A DNA stretch of 64,000 nt from an uncultured Ruficoccus sp. (GTDB lineage Bacteria > Verrucomicrobiota > Verrucomicrobiia > Opitutales > Cerasicoccaceae), in NCBI GenBank assembly GCA_965140785.1, contig OZ223497.1, forward strand, positions 32,001-96,000, read 5' to 3'. The translations under genes were made by a program, and so were the position numbers. This document shows positions 1 through 10,075 of the stretch, piece by piece (position 1 is the first letter of the stretch; every line of letters begins with the position of its first letter). Under the pieces are notes generated by a model. That model did not search any database, was not told the origin of the DNA, and was given only the letters and a program-made list of their open reading frames with translations.

Positions 1-32
1 AAGGATTACCGGGGCAGGACTTGTCCTGCCTG

Positions 33-1112
33 CTAACACACTTGGGAGACGAGGCGGTCGGCCAGGACATCGAGCTCCTCGAAGTTCCTGAGCCCCTGCA
101 CCCACTCGCCGGGGATCTGGCCGCAGCCGCCGGCGGCACCGGCCAGCATGCCCAGAATGGCCCCGCGCGGGCAGTTGTCCCCGCCGAGGTTGGCATTGGC
201 CAGCATGATCGTTTCAAAATTTCCCCCATACTTGAGGATGAGGAACAGGATGAGCGGGAGCGAGTCGTCGATGGCCGATCCGTTGCGGCAGTGATGCTCG
301 ACCACCCCCTCGTCGGAGAGGCGTTCTCGCCAGCGGCGGTAGGTGAAATTCAGGGCCGGATGGGCGTGCCAGTTACGGATGTGCTCATAGAGGGCGTTCT
401 CCGCCTCATACCCATGCAGCAGGTAGATCAGCAACTCGACCATGAGCACCGCCGCCCGGCCCTCTGGCTCACCCTTGTGGGTGAGGGAGAGGGCCTGAGT
501 GACGTGTTTACATGCCTCCTGGAGGTCGCGGGCGTAGTACAGGGCCAGCGGGAGGGCGATGGCGATCCCGCCGATGCGGTTGCACTCGCCGCCGCAGACC
601 CAGGGGTCTTTGCCCCGTCCGTAGTTCTCGAAGAACGTCCGGTGGGAGGCGGGGATGTAGGTATCGTTATGTCGGCCCGGGGTGAGGAAAAGTGAGGTGT
701 AGGCATCCAGATAGGCGCTCGGGTCATAGCGCTGGTGATCGACGGCGGACTTAAGCAGTTCCTGGCCCACCAGAATATTGATGGTGTTGTCCCCGCCCTT
801 GAGGTGCTGGTGAAAGTGTGTGCCCGGCACGCGCCACTCGGCCTCGCGCCCGTGCATGATCTCCGCTTTTTCACCGGTGGCGGTGTAGTGGGTGCGGAAA
901 AGCGTGCTTTGCGGGTGGGGAAGAACCGGATCGCGGTAGCCCTCAATGGTTCCGTAATCATTGCGAATCCGTTTCGGAAGCGCGTACCCATGACAGGGCA
1001 TGGCGAGGGCATCACCGATAAAATAACCCCAAAAGGCTCCGTAGATGCGGGAGCTGAAGCTGATCTCATCGGGACCGCCGACGACTGAGGTTTCGGACGG
1101 TGACTTTTTCAT
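33..1112 (-). CDS. ADP-ribosylglycohydrolase (DraG/ARH) family protein
   Basis: N-terminal RIYGAFWGYFIGDALAMP and C-terminal ANANLGGDNCPRGAILGMLAGA motifs typical of the ARH fold. Confidence 0.85.
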   Translation of the reverse strand: MKKSPSETSVVGGPDEISFSSRIYGAFWGYFIGDALAMPCHGYALPKRIRNDYGTIEGYRDPVLPHPQSTLFRTHYTATGEKAEIMHGREAEWRVPGTHFHQHLKGGDNTINILVGQELLKSAVDHQRYDPSAYLDAYTSLFLTPGRHNDTYIPASHRTFFENYGRGKDPWVCGGECNRIGGIAIALPLALYYARDLQEACKHVTQALSLTHKGEPEGRAAVLMVELLIYLLHGYEAENALYEHIRNWHAHPALNFTYRRWRERLSDEGVVEHHCRNGSAIDDSLPLILFLILKYGGNFETIMLANANLGGDNCPRGAILGMLAGAAGGCGQIPGEWVQGLRNFEELDVLADRLVSQVC

Positions 1113-1296
1113 GGGTGAAGCAACACGGGTAGGTTAATTCCCAGGCCGCCGGGCAGCAAGTTTTATTTTCATTTTACGTATTAATCTAACGGTAGTTTGA
1201 AGAATGATTTCCGGCGAAAATCATACCGATACCAACCCCTGTTCGACGAGGGAGTTGCAGGGGGGATATGAGTGACGTTTCGTTTCTCGACGAGCT

Positions 1297-3036
1297 CTAA
1301 CCTCTCGGCACCAGCCACATCGCCTGATACGGTTTCAGGGTGATGCCGCGCTTGCCGTTGCTGAGGGTTTTGGCCGAGATGACGTCGTAGAACTTTTTCG
1401 TGTCCTTGAGCGGGGCGAAGTCCGCGGGCCGGGTCAGCGTCTGCTCTTTGTCAGAGAAATTGAATACGCAGTACACGGTCTGGTTGCCGAGAGTGGAGGT
1501 GCGCGCCAGTACGAGGATGGACTTGTCCAGGCGATAGATTTCCTGCGCCCCGTCCGGGTTGAAGGCCGGGTAATTGGCGCGGCGGCGGAGTACCTGCACA
1601 TAGCGGCGGAAGATGTCCGCCTGCGGGGACTTTTGGTCGGCCAGCAGTTCGCCCAGCTCGTTGGCTTCCCATTTGCGCCGGTTGATGCTGCGCGGGGCGC
1701 CGGTCTTCTCAACCCCTTCGTCATAGTTGGGGGTCGCCATCAGGCTGTGGAAATAGACCGCGGGGATGCCCTTGAGCGAGAGCGCAAAGTATTGCGAGCA
1801 CAGGAAGCGCTCGGCCCCGAGTTTCTTGTTTCTCGGTTCGCTCAGTGCGGAGGCGTAGGTGATGTTCAGCTCGTAGGGGCTCTGGGTGCCGTCCGGGTTG
1901 GCTTTGCGCGAGACGTGGGCGCCGCGCTTTTCCACCGCTTTGATCATCTTGTCGAATTCCTTGTCCGGCAACAGCCCTTGCAGCGGACGCACCCCGATTC
2001 CGTCGTGCGAGGCGGTGAAGTTCAGGTACGTGCACGCGCCCTCGGGGTACTCGAGGTTCTGGAGCCAATCGCACAGGTAGTCGCAGTTGTTGGTCAGCAG
2101 CGCGTGCAGCAGCAGCGGCGGCAGGCTGAAGTTGTAAACGATGTGCGCCTCGTCACCCGCGCCGAAGTAGCTGACGTTCTCCTTGTGGGGGACGTTGGTC
2201 TCGGTGAGGATGTTGACCTGCGGGTCCACGATCTCGCACACATCGCGCAGCAGCTTGACGATCTCGTGGGTCTGGGGGCGGTGCAGGCAGTCGGTCCCGA
2301 TATCCTTCCAGGCGAAGGCCACCGCGTCGAGCCGCAGGGTGCGCACGCCCTTGCTGATGTAAAAGAGCAGGATGTCCAGAAACTCGAACAGCAGGTCCGA
2401 GTTCTGCCAGTTGAGGTCCACCTGGTCGGCGCTGAAGGTCGTCCACACGTAGCACTCGCCGAAGCGGGTGGTGGTCTTGGTCAGCAGGGGAGAGGTGCGC
2501 GGGCGGACCACGGCGGACAGGTCCGTCTCCGGGTCCATCTCCAGAAAGTAGTGACGCGCCGGAGAGATGCCCAAAATAAAATCCTGGAACCACGCGCTCT
2601 TGGACGAGCAGTGGTTGAGCACGAGGTCAAAGGCCAGGTTGAAGTCTTCGCCGAGCTTTTCCACATCCTTCCAGGTGCCGTACTCGCGCTTGACCTGACG
2701 GTAGTCGATGACGGAGAAGCCGTCGTCGCTCGACCACGGATAAAAGGGTAAGATATGCACGGTGCTGACCGCCCCCTTGAGGTTCTCGACGGAAAACTTG
2801 TGCAGCGTGGACAGCGGCGTCTCGCCCTTGGTGTGAACCATGTCGGCGTAAGTGATCAGCAGCACGTCCTTCTGGTCCCAGCGCCGGGCCGAGGCGGCGG
2901 GCGGCTCGTTGCCCACGCCGTAGCGCCCGATCAAATGATAAAAGCGATCCAGCAGCCAGTCGGCACGCTCGTCATAAAGGAATGTCAACCGCCGCCGCAC
3001 GCGGTCGAGCTGGGCCTGGGAAATCGGTTTAATCAT
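1297..3036 (-). CDS. GH13_18 sugar phosphorylase, likely glucosylglycerate phosphorylase
   Basis: LITYAD, HILPF, DLVLNH, RLDAV (nucleophile), TETN (acid/base), SHDGIG; ETN and YELN match glucosylglycerate phosphorylase rather than sucrose phosphorylase (EIH/YQ); lies near gpgS. Confidence 0.85.
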   Translation of the reverse strand: MIKPISQAQLDRVRRRLTFLYDERADWLLDRFYHLIGRYGVGNEPPAASARRWDQKDVLLITYADMVHTKGETPLSTLHKFSVENLKGAVSTVHILPFYPWSSDDGFSVIDYRQVKREYGTWKDVEKLGEDFNLAFDLVLNHCSSKSAWFQDFILGISPARHYFLEMDPETDLSAVVRPRTSPLLTKTTTRFGECYVWTTFSADQVDLNWQNSDLLFEFLDILLFYISKGVRTLRLDAVAFAWKDIGTDCLHRPQTHEIVKLLRDVCEIVDPQVNILTETNVPHKENVSYFGAGDEAHIVYNFSLPPLLLHALLTNNCDYLCDWLQNLEYPEGACTYLNFTASHDGIGVRPLQGLLPDKEFDKMIKAVEKRGAHVSRKANPDGTQSPYELNITYASALSEPRNKKLGAERFLCSQYFALSLKGIPAVYFHSLMATPNYDEGVEKTGAPRSINRRKWEANELGELLADQKSPQADIFRRYVQVLRRRANYPAFNPDGAQEIYRLDKSILVLARTSTLGNQTVYCVFNFSDKEQTLTRPADFAPLKDTKKFYDVISAKTLSNGKRGITLKPYQAMWLVPRG

Positions 3037-3050
3037 GGGAGGAAATGTTT

Positions 3051-3194
3051 TTAACCACAGAGCGCACAGAGGACACAGAGGACACAGAGAATGATGGGGC
3101 AGAGGAACATGGTGTGATCATTAAAAAACTCATGAGCTTGTTTGGTGGAGTCATGAACAAAGCTTTTCTATCTCTCTGTGCTCTCTGTGGTTAA
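3051..3194. repeat. Inverted pair of ~9-nt period tandem repeats (CACAGAG units) enclosing a short spacer
   Basis: ttaaccacagagcgcacagaggacacagaggacacagag (3051-3089) vs ctctgtgctctctgtggttaa (3174-3194). Confidence 0.85.
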
Positions 3195-3209
3195 TGAATG
3201 TAAATAAGA

Positions 3210-4479
3210 TCACCCGCCGTTGCCCCAGCCGGTGAGGCTGGTCATGAGCGTGCGCAGGGAGCGTCGCAGCACGGTGTAGGAATAGAAGCGCCGGGCGACG
3301 CGGTAGTTGTGCTCGACCATCTCGTCGCGGTAATGTGAGTCTTCGAGAATCTTCTGCACGTGGCTGACGACCTTCTTTGTCACGATGCCGTCCATTTCGG
3401 CGAAGCGGAACCCGCGCGGCTCGATGTCCTGAATGTAGATCGAGTAGCGGTTGACCATCATCGGCTTTCGGAAGTACACGGTCTCCAGCAGCGCGTTGCC
3501 GAAGCCCTCGTAGGTGCTCGGGTAGGTGACGAAGTCAGCGTGCGGGTACAGGTCCCACAGCGTGTACATCTTGCGCCCGAGGCTGTCGCGCTGGCGCACT
3601 TCGGAGACGCGGTCGGCGATGAAGTGCACGTCCACGTTTTCCTCTTTGGCCAGCTCGTTAAGCATGTGCAGGTAGTCGAGCCCCTCGTCCCCGGCGTCGT
3701 GCGAAATGACGAGCTTGTAGCGCGGGTCCTTGAGCATGCCGACCATCTTGATCGCGTGCTCGATTCCCTTGCGCGGGACGATGCGCGTGGGCTGGAGGAT
3801 AAAGATGTCGTCCGGCTTTAAGCCGATCTCCTCGCGCACGTCGGCGGAGTACTCGTCCGGTTGCGGTGCGGGCTTGTCGAAGTCGAAGACGTTCGGGATG
3901 AGCAGCGAGGCCAGGCCCTTGCGCAGGGCGATCTGCTCCTCGGCCGGGCGGTTGATGACGACAGAACGGATGTTGTTCAGGCTCGGCGGAAACGCGCTGT
4001 CGAGGTAGTCGCTCACGCCGTTGACCGAGAAGCGCGTGCGTTCCCAGAAGAAGTCGTGGTGGTGGGCGATGGCGGGCATCCCCGTCTCGGCCAGAAACTC
4101 CGTCACCGCCAGCCCCAGGGGCAGGTGCATGGGGATCGTCAATACATTCTGCGGGATGATAAAGTCGATCTGGAACTTTTTGACGAAGTGGTAGAGCGAG
4201 CTTTTCAGGTAGTCGGTCATCTCGCGGATGCGGGTCGTGACCAGCGGCTCGCGCGAAGTTCCGGCCCCAGATGCGTTCGTTGATCCAGTCCACCTCCGGA
4301 TGCCCGAAGTACGCCTCGGGCACGACATAGGAGATGCCGGGGTCGCGGTCGCTGCGGCCACTGTACCAGTAGCTCACATGCCGGTCATCCCAGAGGACTT
4401 CCGCCCACTTGGCGCTTTCTAAAGAGACGCCGTCGGTCCCGGCGAAACGCGTCGAAATAAAACCGATGTTTTTGGGCAT
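3210..4479 (-). pseudogene. GT4 glycosyltransferase, MggS (mannosylglucosylglycerate synthase)-like; one-base frameshift near 4258-4262 (real or sequencing error)
   Basis: N-terminus [25 protein letters not shown] (ORF 3658..4479) continues in the frame of ORF 3210..4361 ([11 protein letters not shown]...HHHDF...[12 protein letters not shown]...YPSTYEGFGNALLE). Confidence 0.8.
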
Positions 4480-4762
4480 GGAAAGCTAAATGGCTAAATG
4501 ATTGATAGTTAAATGGCCGATTGACGGGAGAGTGGACGGTCTGTTCTGCGTGCGGTTTGAGCGCTTCGCATGCCAAACAATAATACCCACTGTCGCCTTT
4601 TTATCCATATCAACGGTGTGAATACTTAGCAATTAACCATTTAAGAATCAACCCTTCAGCAGCCTGCATGCCTGTCCGTCCCGGGGCAAGGCAGGAACGG
4701 CACAATTAGACAAAAAACAATTGGCAGGGCAGGTGCTGAGCGCTAGCTTCCCGCCAAACACC

Positions 4763-5938
4763 ATGCCGGACGCTCTTTCCACCATCTTAGAAACCCTGCC
4801 CGAGTGCCGCGACCGTATCCAGGAGATGCGCGAGCTCATCCTGGCCAACGCCGTGATGTTCGGGGAAATTCCCGCTCCCACCTTCGCGGAGGCCGCGCGC
4901 GCAAGATTCCTGATGGACCGCTTCACCGAGGGCGGCTGCCAGACGATCTCGACCGATGAGGTCGGGAACGCCGTGGGCATCGTCCCCGGGAAGAAGCCCG
5001 GCGGCAAGCCGATCCTCATCTCGGCGCACATGGACACGGTTTTCGCCAAGAGTGTGGACCACACCGTCACCGTCCATCCCAACGCCCTCTGCGGGGCCGG
5101 TGTGCTCGACAACGCGCTCGGCGTGGCCGTCCTGGCTTCGCTGCCCACCATCCTCGATAAGCTGGGCCTGGGCTTCCAGCATGACCTGCTGTTGATGGGG
5201 TCCACCCGCAGCCTCGGTTCGGGCGACATCGAGGGTATGCGCTTCTTTTTAAACAATAACAAGCTGCCGATCGAGGCGGGCGTGATCGTGGAGGGCGCGA
5301 CCCTCGGACGCCTCAGTTTCTCCTCCCTGGGCATGAGTCGGGGAGTAATTAACTGCCGCATCCCGCCCACCTACGACTTCAGCCGCTTCGGCGCGGCGGG
5401 GGCTGTCGCGATCATCAACCGTGTCATTACCGGCATGCTGGCGATCCCCACGCCCCGCGAGCCGGCCACCCAGATCATTCTCGGCTCCTTCGAGGGCGGG
5501 AACAGCTTCAACACCATGGCCAAGACCGGCACCTTGCGCTATGAAATCCGCAGCGAGCAGGCCGGGCTGGTCGGCGACATCACTAAGCAGATTGAGAGCC
5601 TGCTCAGCCAGATCCGCTCCTCCTCCGGGGTGGAACTGCGCCTGGAGGAGGTCGCCCGCCGCCACAACGGCGGTCTCGACTACGCCCATCCGTTGATCAA
5701 GGTCTGCCGCACAGTCATGGAAACACTCGACATCGAGCCCATTGTGGCCCCCTCGACCGGTGAGCTGGCCGCCCTCATCGAGAAGGACATCCCCGGCGTC
5801 ACCCTGGGCATGACCTACGGGGAAAACCGCCACCTCTCCGACGAAACCGTCGAGATCGATCCCATTTTCACCGGGCTGGCGCAACTGCTGGCCGTCCTCC
5901 AAGCCATCGACAAAGGAATTTGCCATGACAAAGCTTGA
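4763..5938 (+). CDS. M20/M25/M40 metallopeptidase-fold protein with a degenerate EE motif
   Basis: APTFAE, DEVGN, SAHMDTV, GVLDN, dimerisation domain, C-terminal H (ENRH); ATG at 4763; overlaps the gpgS start. Confidence 0.8.
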   Translation: MPDALSTILETLPECRDRIQEMRELILANAVMFGEIPAPTFAEAARARFLMDRFTEGGCQTISTDEVGNAVGIVPGKKPGGKPILISAHMDTVFAKSVDHTVTVHPNALCGAGVLDNALGVAVLASLPTILDKLGLGFQHDLLLMGSTRSLGSGDIEGMRFFLNNNKLPIEAGVIVEGATLGRLSFSSLGMSRGVINCRIPPTYDFSRFGAAGAVAIINRVITGMLAIPTPREPATQIILGSFEGGNSFNTMAKTGTLRYEIRSEQAGLVGDITKQIESLLSQIRSSSGVELRLEEVARRHNGGLDYAHPLIKVCRTVMETLDIEPIVAPSTGELAALIEKDIPGVTLGMTYGENRHLSDETVEIDPIFTGLAQLLAVLQAIDKGICHDKA

Positions 5939-6905
5939 ATCCTGGATTCAGCACAACACCTTTCACCACAGCCAGTTTTACGACCAGCTTGAGCTGCTCA
6001 AGCAGAAGGAGAAAACCGGGCTGACCGTCTCCCTGTGCATCCCCACGCTCAACGAGGAGGCCACCATCGGCAAGGAGATCGTCATCTTCCGCTCCGAGCT
6101 GATGGAGCGCTACCCGCTGGTGGACGAGATCGCCGTCATTGACTCGGGCTCGACCGACAAGACGCTCGAGGTCGCCGCCTCCTTTGGAGCGGACACGTAC
6201 TTCGCCGGGGACATCCTGCCCTCGCAGGGGCACAAGCGCGGCAAGGGCGAGAACCTCTGGAAAGCCATTTACCAGCTCAAGGGCGACATCATCGTCTATG
6301 TGGACGCGGACATTAAAAACATCCACCCGCGCTTCTGCTACGGGCTGGTCGGGCCGCTGCTCTACCGCGAGCAGATGAAGTACGTCAAAGCCTTCTACGA
6401 CCGCCCGCTGGCCTTCTCCCAGGGGGTGCGCCCCAGCGGCGGGGGTCGCGTGACGGAGATTCTCGTGCGCCCGCTCTTTTCGCTCTTCTTTCCGGAGCTG
6501 ACCGGGCTTGTCCAGCCGCTCTCGGGCGAATACGCCGTGCGCCGCGAAGTGCTCGAGCGCCTGCCGTTCCCCATCGGCTACGGGGTGGAGACCTCGCACA
6601 TCATGGACGTGTACCGCCAGTGGGGGCTGGAGGCTTTCGGGCAGACCGACCTCGACCAGCGCGTGCACCGCAATCAGGAGACCCTCTCGCTGGGCAAAAT
6701 GTCCTTCGGCATCCTTCAGAGCTTCCTCGGCCGCCTCAAGGACATGGGCATGGAGGGCAATCTCCCCGAACTTGCCAACACCCTGCGCCAGTTCATCGCG
6801 AAAGACCAGCAGTACGAACAGGTCTGCTACGAGATCGTCGAGGAAGAGCGCCCGCCCATGATCGACATCCCCGAGTACCGCGAAAAAATGGGCTACGAGG
6901 GGTAG
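5925..6905 (+). CDS. gpgS: Glucosyl-3-phosphoglycerate synthase
   Basis: SLCIPTLNEE, DSGSTD, GKGENLW, DAD, VKAFYDRP, GGGRVTE, QPLSGEYA, GYGVE, RVHRNQ. Confidence 0.92.
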   Translation: MTKLESWIQHNTFHHSQFYDQLELLKQKEKTGLTVSLCIPTLNEEATIGKEIVIFRSELMERYPLVDEIAVIDSGSTDKTLEVAASFGADTYFAGDILPSQGHKRGKGENLWKAIYQLKGDIIVYVDADIKNIHPRFCYGLVGPLLYREQMKYVKAFYDRPLAFSQGVRPSGGGRVTEILVRPLFSLFFPELTGLVQPLSGEYAVRREVLERLPFPIGYGVETSHIMDVYRQWGLEAFGQTDLDQRVHRNQETLSLGKMSFGILQSFLGRLKDMGMEGNLPELANTLRQFIAKDQQYEQVCYEIVEEERPPMIDIPEYREKMGYEG

Positions 6906-6982
6906 TCGTTTTTTGAATACGGATATCAAATGCGGCGGCGAAGAGCACCAAGGATACACCGAGCGCAAAGGATAGTTGAGTC

Positions 6983-7282
6983 ATGAGCCTGTCTTTTAAG
7001 ATCCTGCGTTTGTTTCTTGTTCTGATCTTTGCTGTTTCTGTATTTGTTTTCCTGACATCCGGGGTGGTTAGCTATGCGCCAGACGTTTACGAGGTACATG
7101 ATGATGCTCGTGCTGTGGTTGGTACCGTGTCTATCCCTCAAACGGGTGCGGTGGCTGAATCTATTTCTTTGATCTTCTGTCTGTTGAGCGCCAGTTGCTT
7201 ATGTGTCCTCCAGCATCTCGGCAAAAGAATTACCAACCTGGAACGCGAGGTGGAGCGTTTGAAAGACGCTTCGTGCCCTTAG
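6983..7282 (+). CDS. Small membrane protein of unknown function (two hydrophobic segments), lower GC, flanked by repeats
   Basis: 99-aa ATG ORF with two TM-like stretches; AT-richer than neighbours; stop codon lies in the downstream repeat arm. Confidence 0.55.
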   Translation: MSLSFKILRLFLVLIFAVSVFVFLTSGVVSYAPDVYEVHDDARAVVGTVSIPQTGAVAESISLIFCLLSASCLCVLQHLGKRITNLEREVERLKDASCP

Positions 7283-7324
7283 TGTCTTCTTCGTGTCCTT
7301 CGTGGCCCATTCTTCTCTTTTCCC

Positions 7325-8761
7325 ATGCGTATCGCAGTTGTCCACTACCATTTAAAACCCGGCGGGGTGACGCGCATCGTCGAGAGTGCGGCGGAGGCGC
7401 TGGCACCGCATGGGGTCGAGCTGGCAGCGATTTCGGGCGAGCCGTACACAGGCGAGGCAGACCTGAAAACCGGCGTCGTATCCGGACTTCAATACACGAC
7501 GGACGAGTCCGATTACGTCGATCCGAAGTACCTGCTGCACGAGCTCAAGGCCGAGGCGAAAAAACTCCTCGGAGGGGAGCCGGACCTGTGGCACATTCAC
7601 AACCATTCGCTGGGCAAGAACGCCGTTATGGCGGACGTGGTCGGGCTGCTGGCCCGGCAGGAGACGCCGGTGCTGCTCCAGATCCACGACTTCGCTGAGG
7701 ATGGGCGACCGGCCAACTACCAACTGATCGGGGAGGGGATTTCCGATTGGAAACATCTTTACCCCTACGGCCCGCGCATCCACACCACGGTCCTCAACCG
7801 CCGCGATGCGTCATTCCTCAAACAAGCCGGTCTGCCCGCCGAGTGCCTGCACCTGCTGCCCAATCCGGTGTCCGTCCCCGTCATGCCCGCGGGCGATCCG
7901 CCGAAGACCGACGGGATGGAGCGGTTGTTTCTTTATCCCACGCGGGCCATCCGCCGCAAGAACATGGGCGAGTTCCTGTTCTGGGCCGCACTGGCGCGGG
8001 AAGGGGAGACCTTCGCCACCACGCTGGCCCCGGCCAATCCGACCGCCCGCCCCGTGTACGAACGCTGGATGACCTTCGCCGCCGAGCAGAAGCTGCCCGC
8101 CATCTTCGAGTTGGCGGAGGCGGTGGATCTGTCGTTTCCCGCGGTCATGGCGGCGGCGGAGACGATTGTCACCACGTCCGTGGCCGAGGGCTTCGGGATG
8201 GCTTTTCTGGAGCCGTTTCTGTTTGGCAAAACCCTCTGTGGGCGCGATCTGCCGGACATCACCGGCGACTTTACCGAATACGGCGTCCGTCTCGACGGCC
8301 TCTACGACCGGCTCGACGTACCGCTGGCATGGATCGGTGGGGCCGGGGAGCTGGAGCAGAAAATCGCCCCCGCGCTCACGGCCAGCTTCACCGCCTACGG
8401 GCGCGATTGCGGCGAGGAGGAAATCGCCTCCGCCCTGGCCACTGCCATCGACGGCGAACGGGTGGAGTTCGGGCGGCTGGATGAGGATTTGCAGGAGCGC
8501 GCCATCGTCCACCTGCGCGCATTAGCCAACCCCGCGGACGACATCCGCCCGCCCGCGCTCAAGCGCCAGGACGCCGCCACCGCTGCAGCCAACCGCGCAG
8601 CGATTGTTGAGCATTTCAACCTGGAGCAGTACGGCCAGCGTCTGCTCGGCATTTATCGCCAACTCATCGCCGCCGCCCCCGCCGCCCCCGAGTCGCTCGA
8701 CCCGTCCCGGGTGCTCGATGCCTTCCTCGACCCGGCCCGTTTCTGCCTTCTGCGGAGTTAA
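7325..8761 (+). CDS. GT4-type glycosyltransferase, MggA (mannosylglucosyl-3-phosphoglycerate synthase)-like
   Basis: VHYHLKPGGVTRIV, HIHNHSLGKN, QIHDFAEDGR, YPTRAIRRKN, TSVAEGFGMAFLEP; sits between gpgS and a HAD phosphatase. Confidence 0.75.
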   Translation: MRIAVVHYHLKPGGVTRIVESAAEALAPHGVELAAISGEPYTGEADLKTGVVSGLQYTTDESDYVDPKYLLHELKAEAKKLLGGEPDLWHIHNHSLGKNAVMADVVGLLARQETPVLLQIHDFAEDGRPANYQLIGEGISDWKHLYPYGPRIHTTVLNRRDASFLKQAGLPAECLHLLPNPVSVPVMPAGDPPKTDGMERLFLYPTRAIRRKNMGEFLFWAALAREGETFATTLAPANPTARPVYERWMTFAAEQKLPAIFELAEAVDLSFPAVMAAAETIVTTSVAEGFGMAFLEPFLFGKTLCGRDLPDITGDFTEYGVRLDGLYDRLDVPLAWIGGAGELEQKIAPALTASFTAYGRDCGEEEIASALATAIDGERVEFGRLDEDLQERAIVHLRALANPADDIRPPALKRQDAATAAANRAAIVEHFNLEQYGQRLLGIYRQLIAAAPAAPESLDPSRVLDAFLDPARFCLLRS

Positions 8762-8995
8762 CTCTGCAGGAGGCGTAAATTCGTAGATTTAGAGATACAT
8801 AAATTATAAGCGAGCAGGCTGCGCTGTTCGGGCTCCGGGGGACGATCATCGCACTCCCTGCCTAGCCGAACTCCATGTTGAATTTTTGAATTTACGAATC
8901 CTGAATCTACAAATCTCCGTTCCACTCCTGAGGAACCTTCCCCGGTTGGTGACTTTTTCCTTCATTCCCGGAGCCATTCCGCTATAACCGCTCTC

Positions 8996-9898
8996 ATGTC
9001 CGTTAAGACCCCACTGCCGGAAATTTTCCGCCAACATGTGCCCGAAGGCATGGAACCTGAACCCACCGGGGAAAAGCCCGTCTTGAAGAAACTCGCCGGT
9101 GTCCGCGCCGTGCTCTTTGACGTCTATGGAACGCTCTTCCAGTCCGGGGTCGGTGATATCTCGCTGGCCGAGGAGGACCGCGGTACCCACCGCGAGAAGA
9201 TCATCCGCGCCTCCATGAAGGACGCCGGGCTCCAGGTACTCGATCAGAAGACGCCGCTGGCCGAACTCTTTCACGACACTATCCGGGCCGAGCAGGACAT
9301 CCGCCGCGAGCAGGGGGTGGATTTCCCCGAGGTGGACATCCTTGGTGTCTGGGAAGACCTTATCGGCCAGTTGGAGGCCTATGAGCTGATCCGTGGTCGC
9401 GCCAGCCGCGCCGTTCTGCGCACGCTGGCCGTGCTTTATGAGGCCAGTGTGAACCCCGCCGCTCCCATGCCCGGCGCACAGGACACGATCGAGGGCCTGC
9501 TCGACAAGCAAAAGAGCCTCGGCATCGTCTCCAACGCCCAGTTTTACACCCCGCTGCTGTTCGAGGCTTTCCTTGAAGGCTCGCCGCATGACCTCGGTTT
9601 CGAGGAGATTCTCTGTGTGTGGTCTTACGAGCACACCGTGGCCAAACCGTCCGCCAAGCTTTTCGAGGTGGCGGCGGAGCGCCTGCAGGCGCTTGACGGC
9701 ATCGCCCCGAAGGAAACACTCTACATCGGCAACGATATGCGTAATGACATCGCGCCCGCGGCCAAGCTCGGCTTCAAGACCGCGCTTTTCGCCGGGGACA
9801 AGCGCTCCCTGCGCCTGCGCAAGGACGACGACTCCTGCAAGGGCGTCAAGCCCGACCTCGTCCTGACCGAGCTGGAGCAATTGCTCGAGTGCCTCTAG
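8996..9898 (+). CDS. HAD-superfamily phosphatase (MggB-like by context)
   Basis: FDVYGTL motif I, VSN motif II, KP motif III, IGNDMRND motif IV. Confidence 0.85.
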   Translation: MSVKTPLPEIFRQHVPEGMEPEPTGEKPVLKKLAGVRAVLFDVYGTLFQSGVGDISLAEEDRGTHREKIIRASMKDAGLQVLDQKTPLAELFHDTIRAEQDIRREQGVDFPEVDILGVWEDLIGQLEAYELIRGRASRAVLRTLAVLYEASVNPAAPMPGAQDTIEGLLDKQKSLGIVSNAQFYTPLLFEAFLEGSPHDLGFEEILCVWSYEHTVAKPSAKLFEVAAERLQALDGIAPKETLYIGNDMRNDIAPAAKLGFKTALFAGDKRSLRLRKDDDSCKGVKPDLVLTELEQLLECL

Positions 9899-10002
9899 CG
9901 CGGCGGGGGTAGAGCCTGCCCGGCAGACGTCGCCTAGGGCATAACGGGCTTTTGAATAGCTGTATGCGGAGTGAAATGGGGTGGGCTGGTTTTTATCTTA
10001 AC

Positions 10003-10026
10003 TAAATTACCAAAAATAGTAATTTA
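10003..10026. promoter_or_regulatory. Palindromic candidate operator upstream of the cys operon
   Basis: TAAATTAC-N8-GTAATTTA perfect inverted repeat about 50 bp before cysC. Confidence 0.5.
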
Positions 10027-10075
10027 ATCTTGCCCTTGCCTTTTCAAACGCTACTTCTATCAGCTTTTACCAGCC

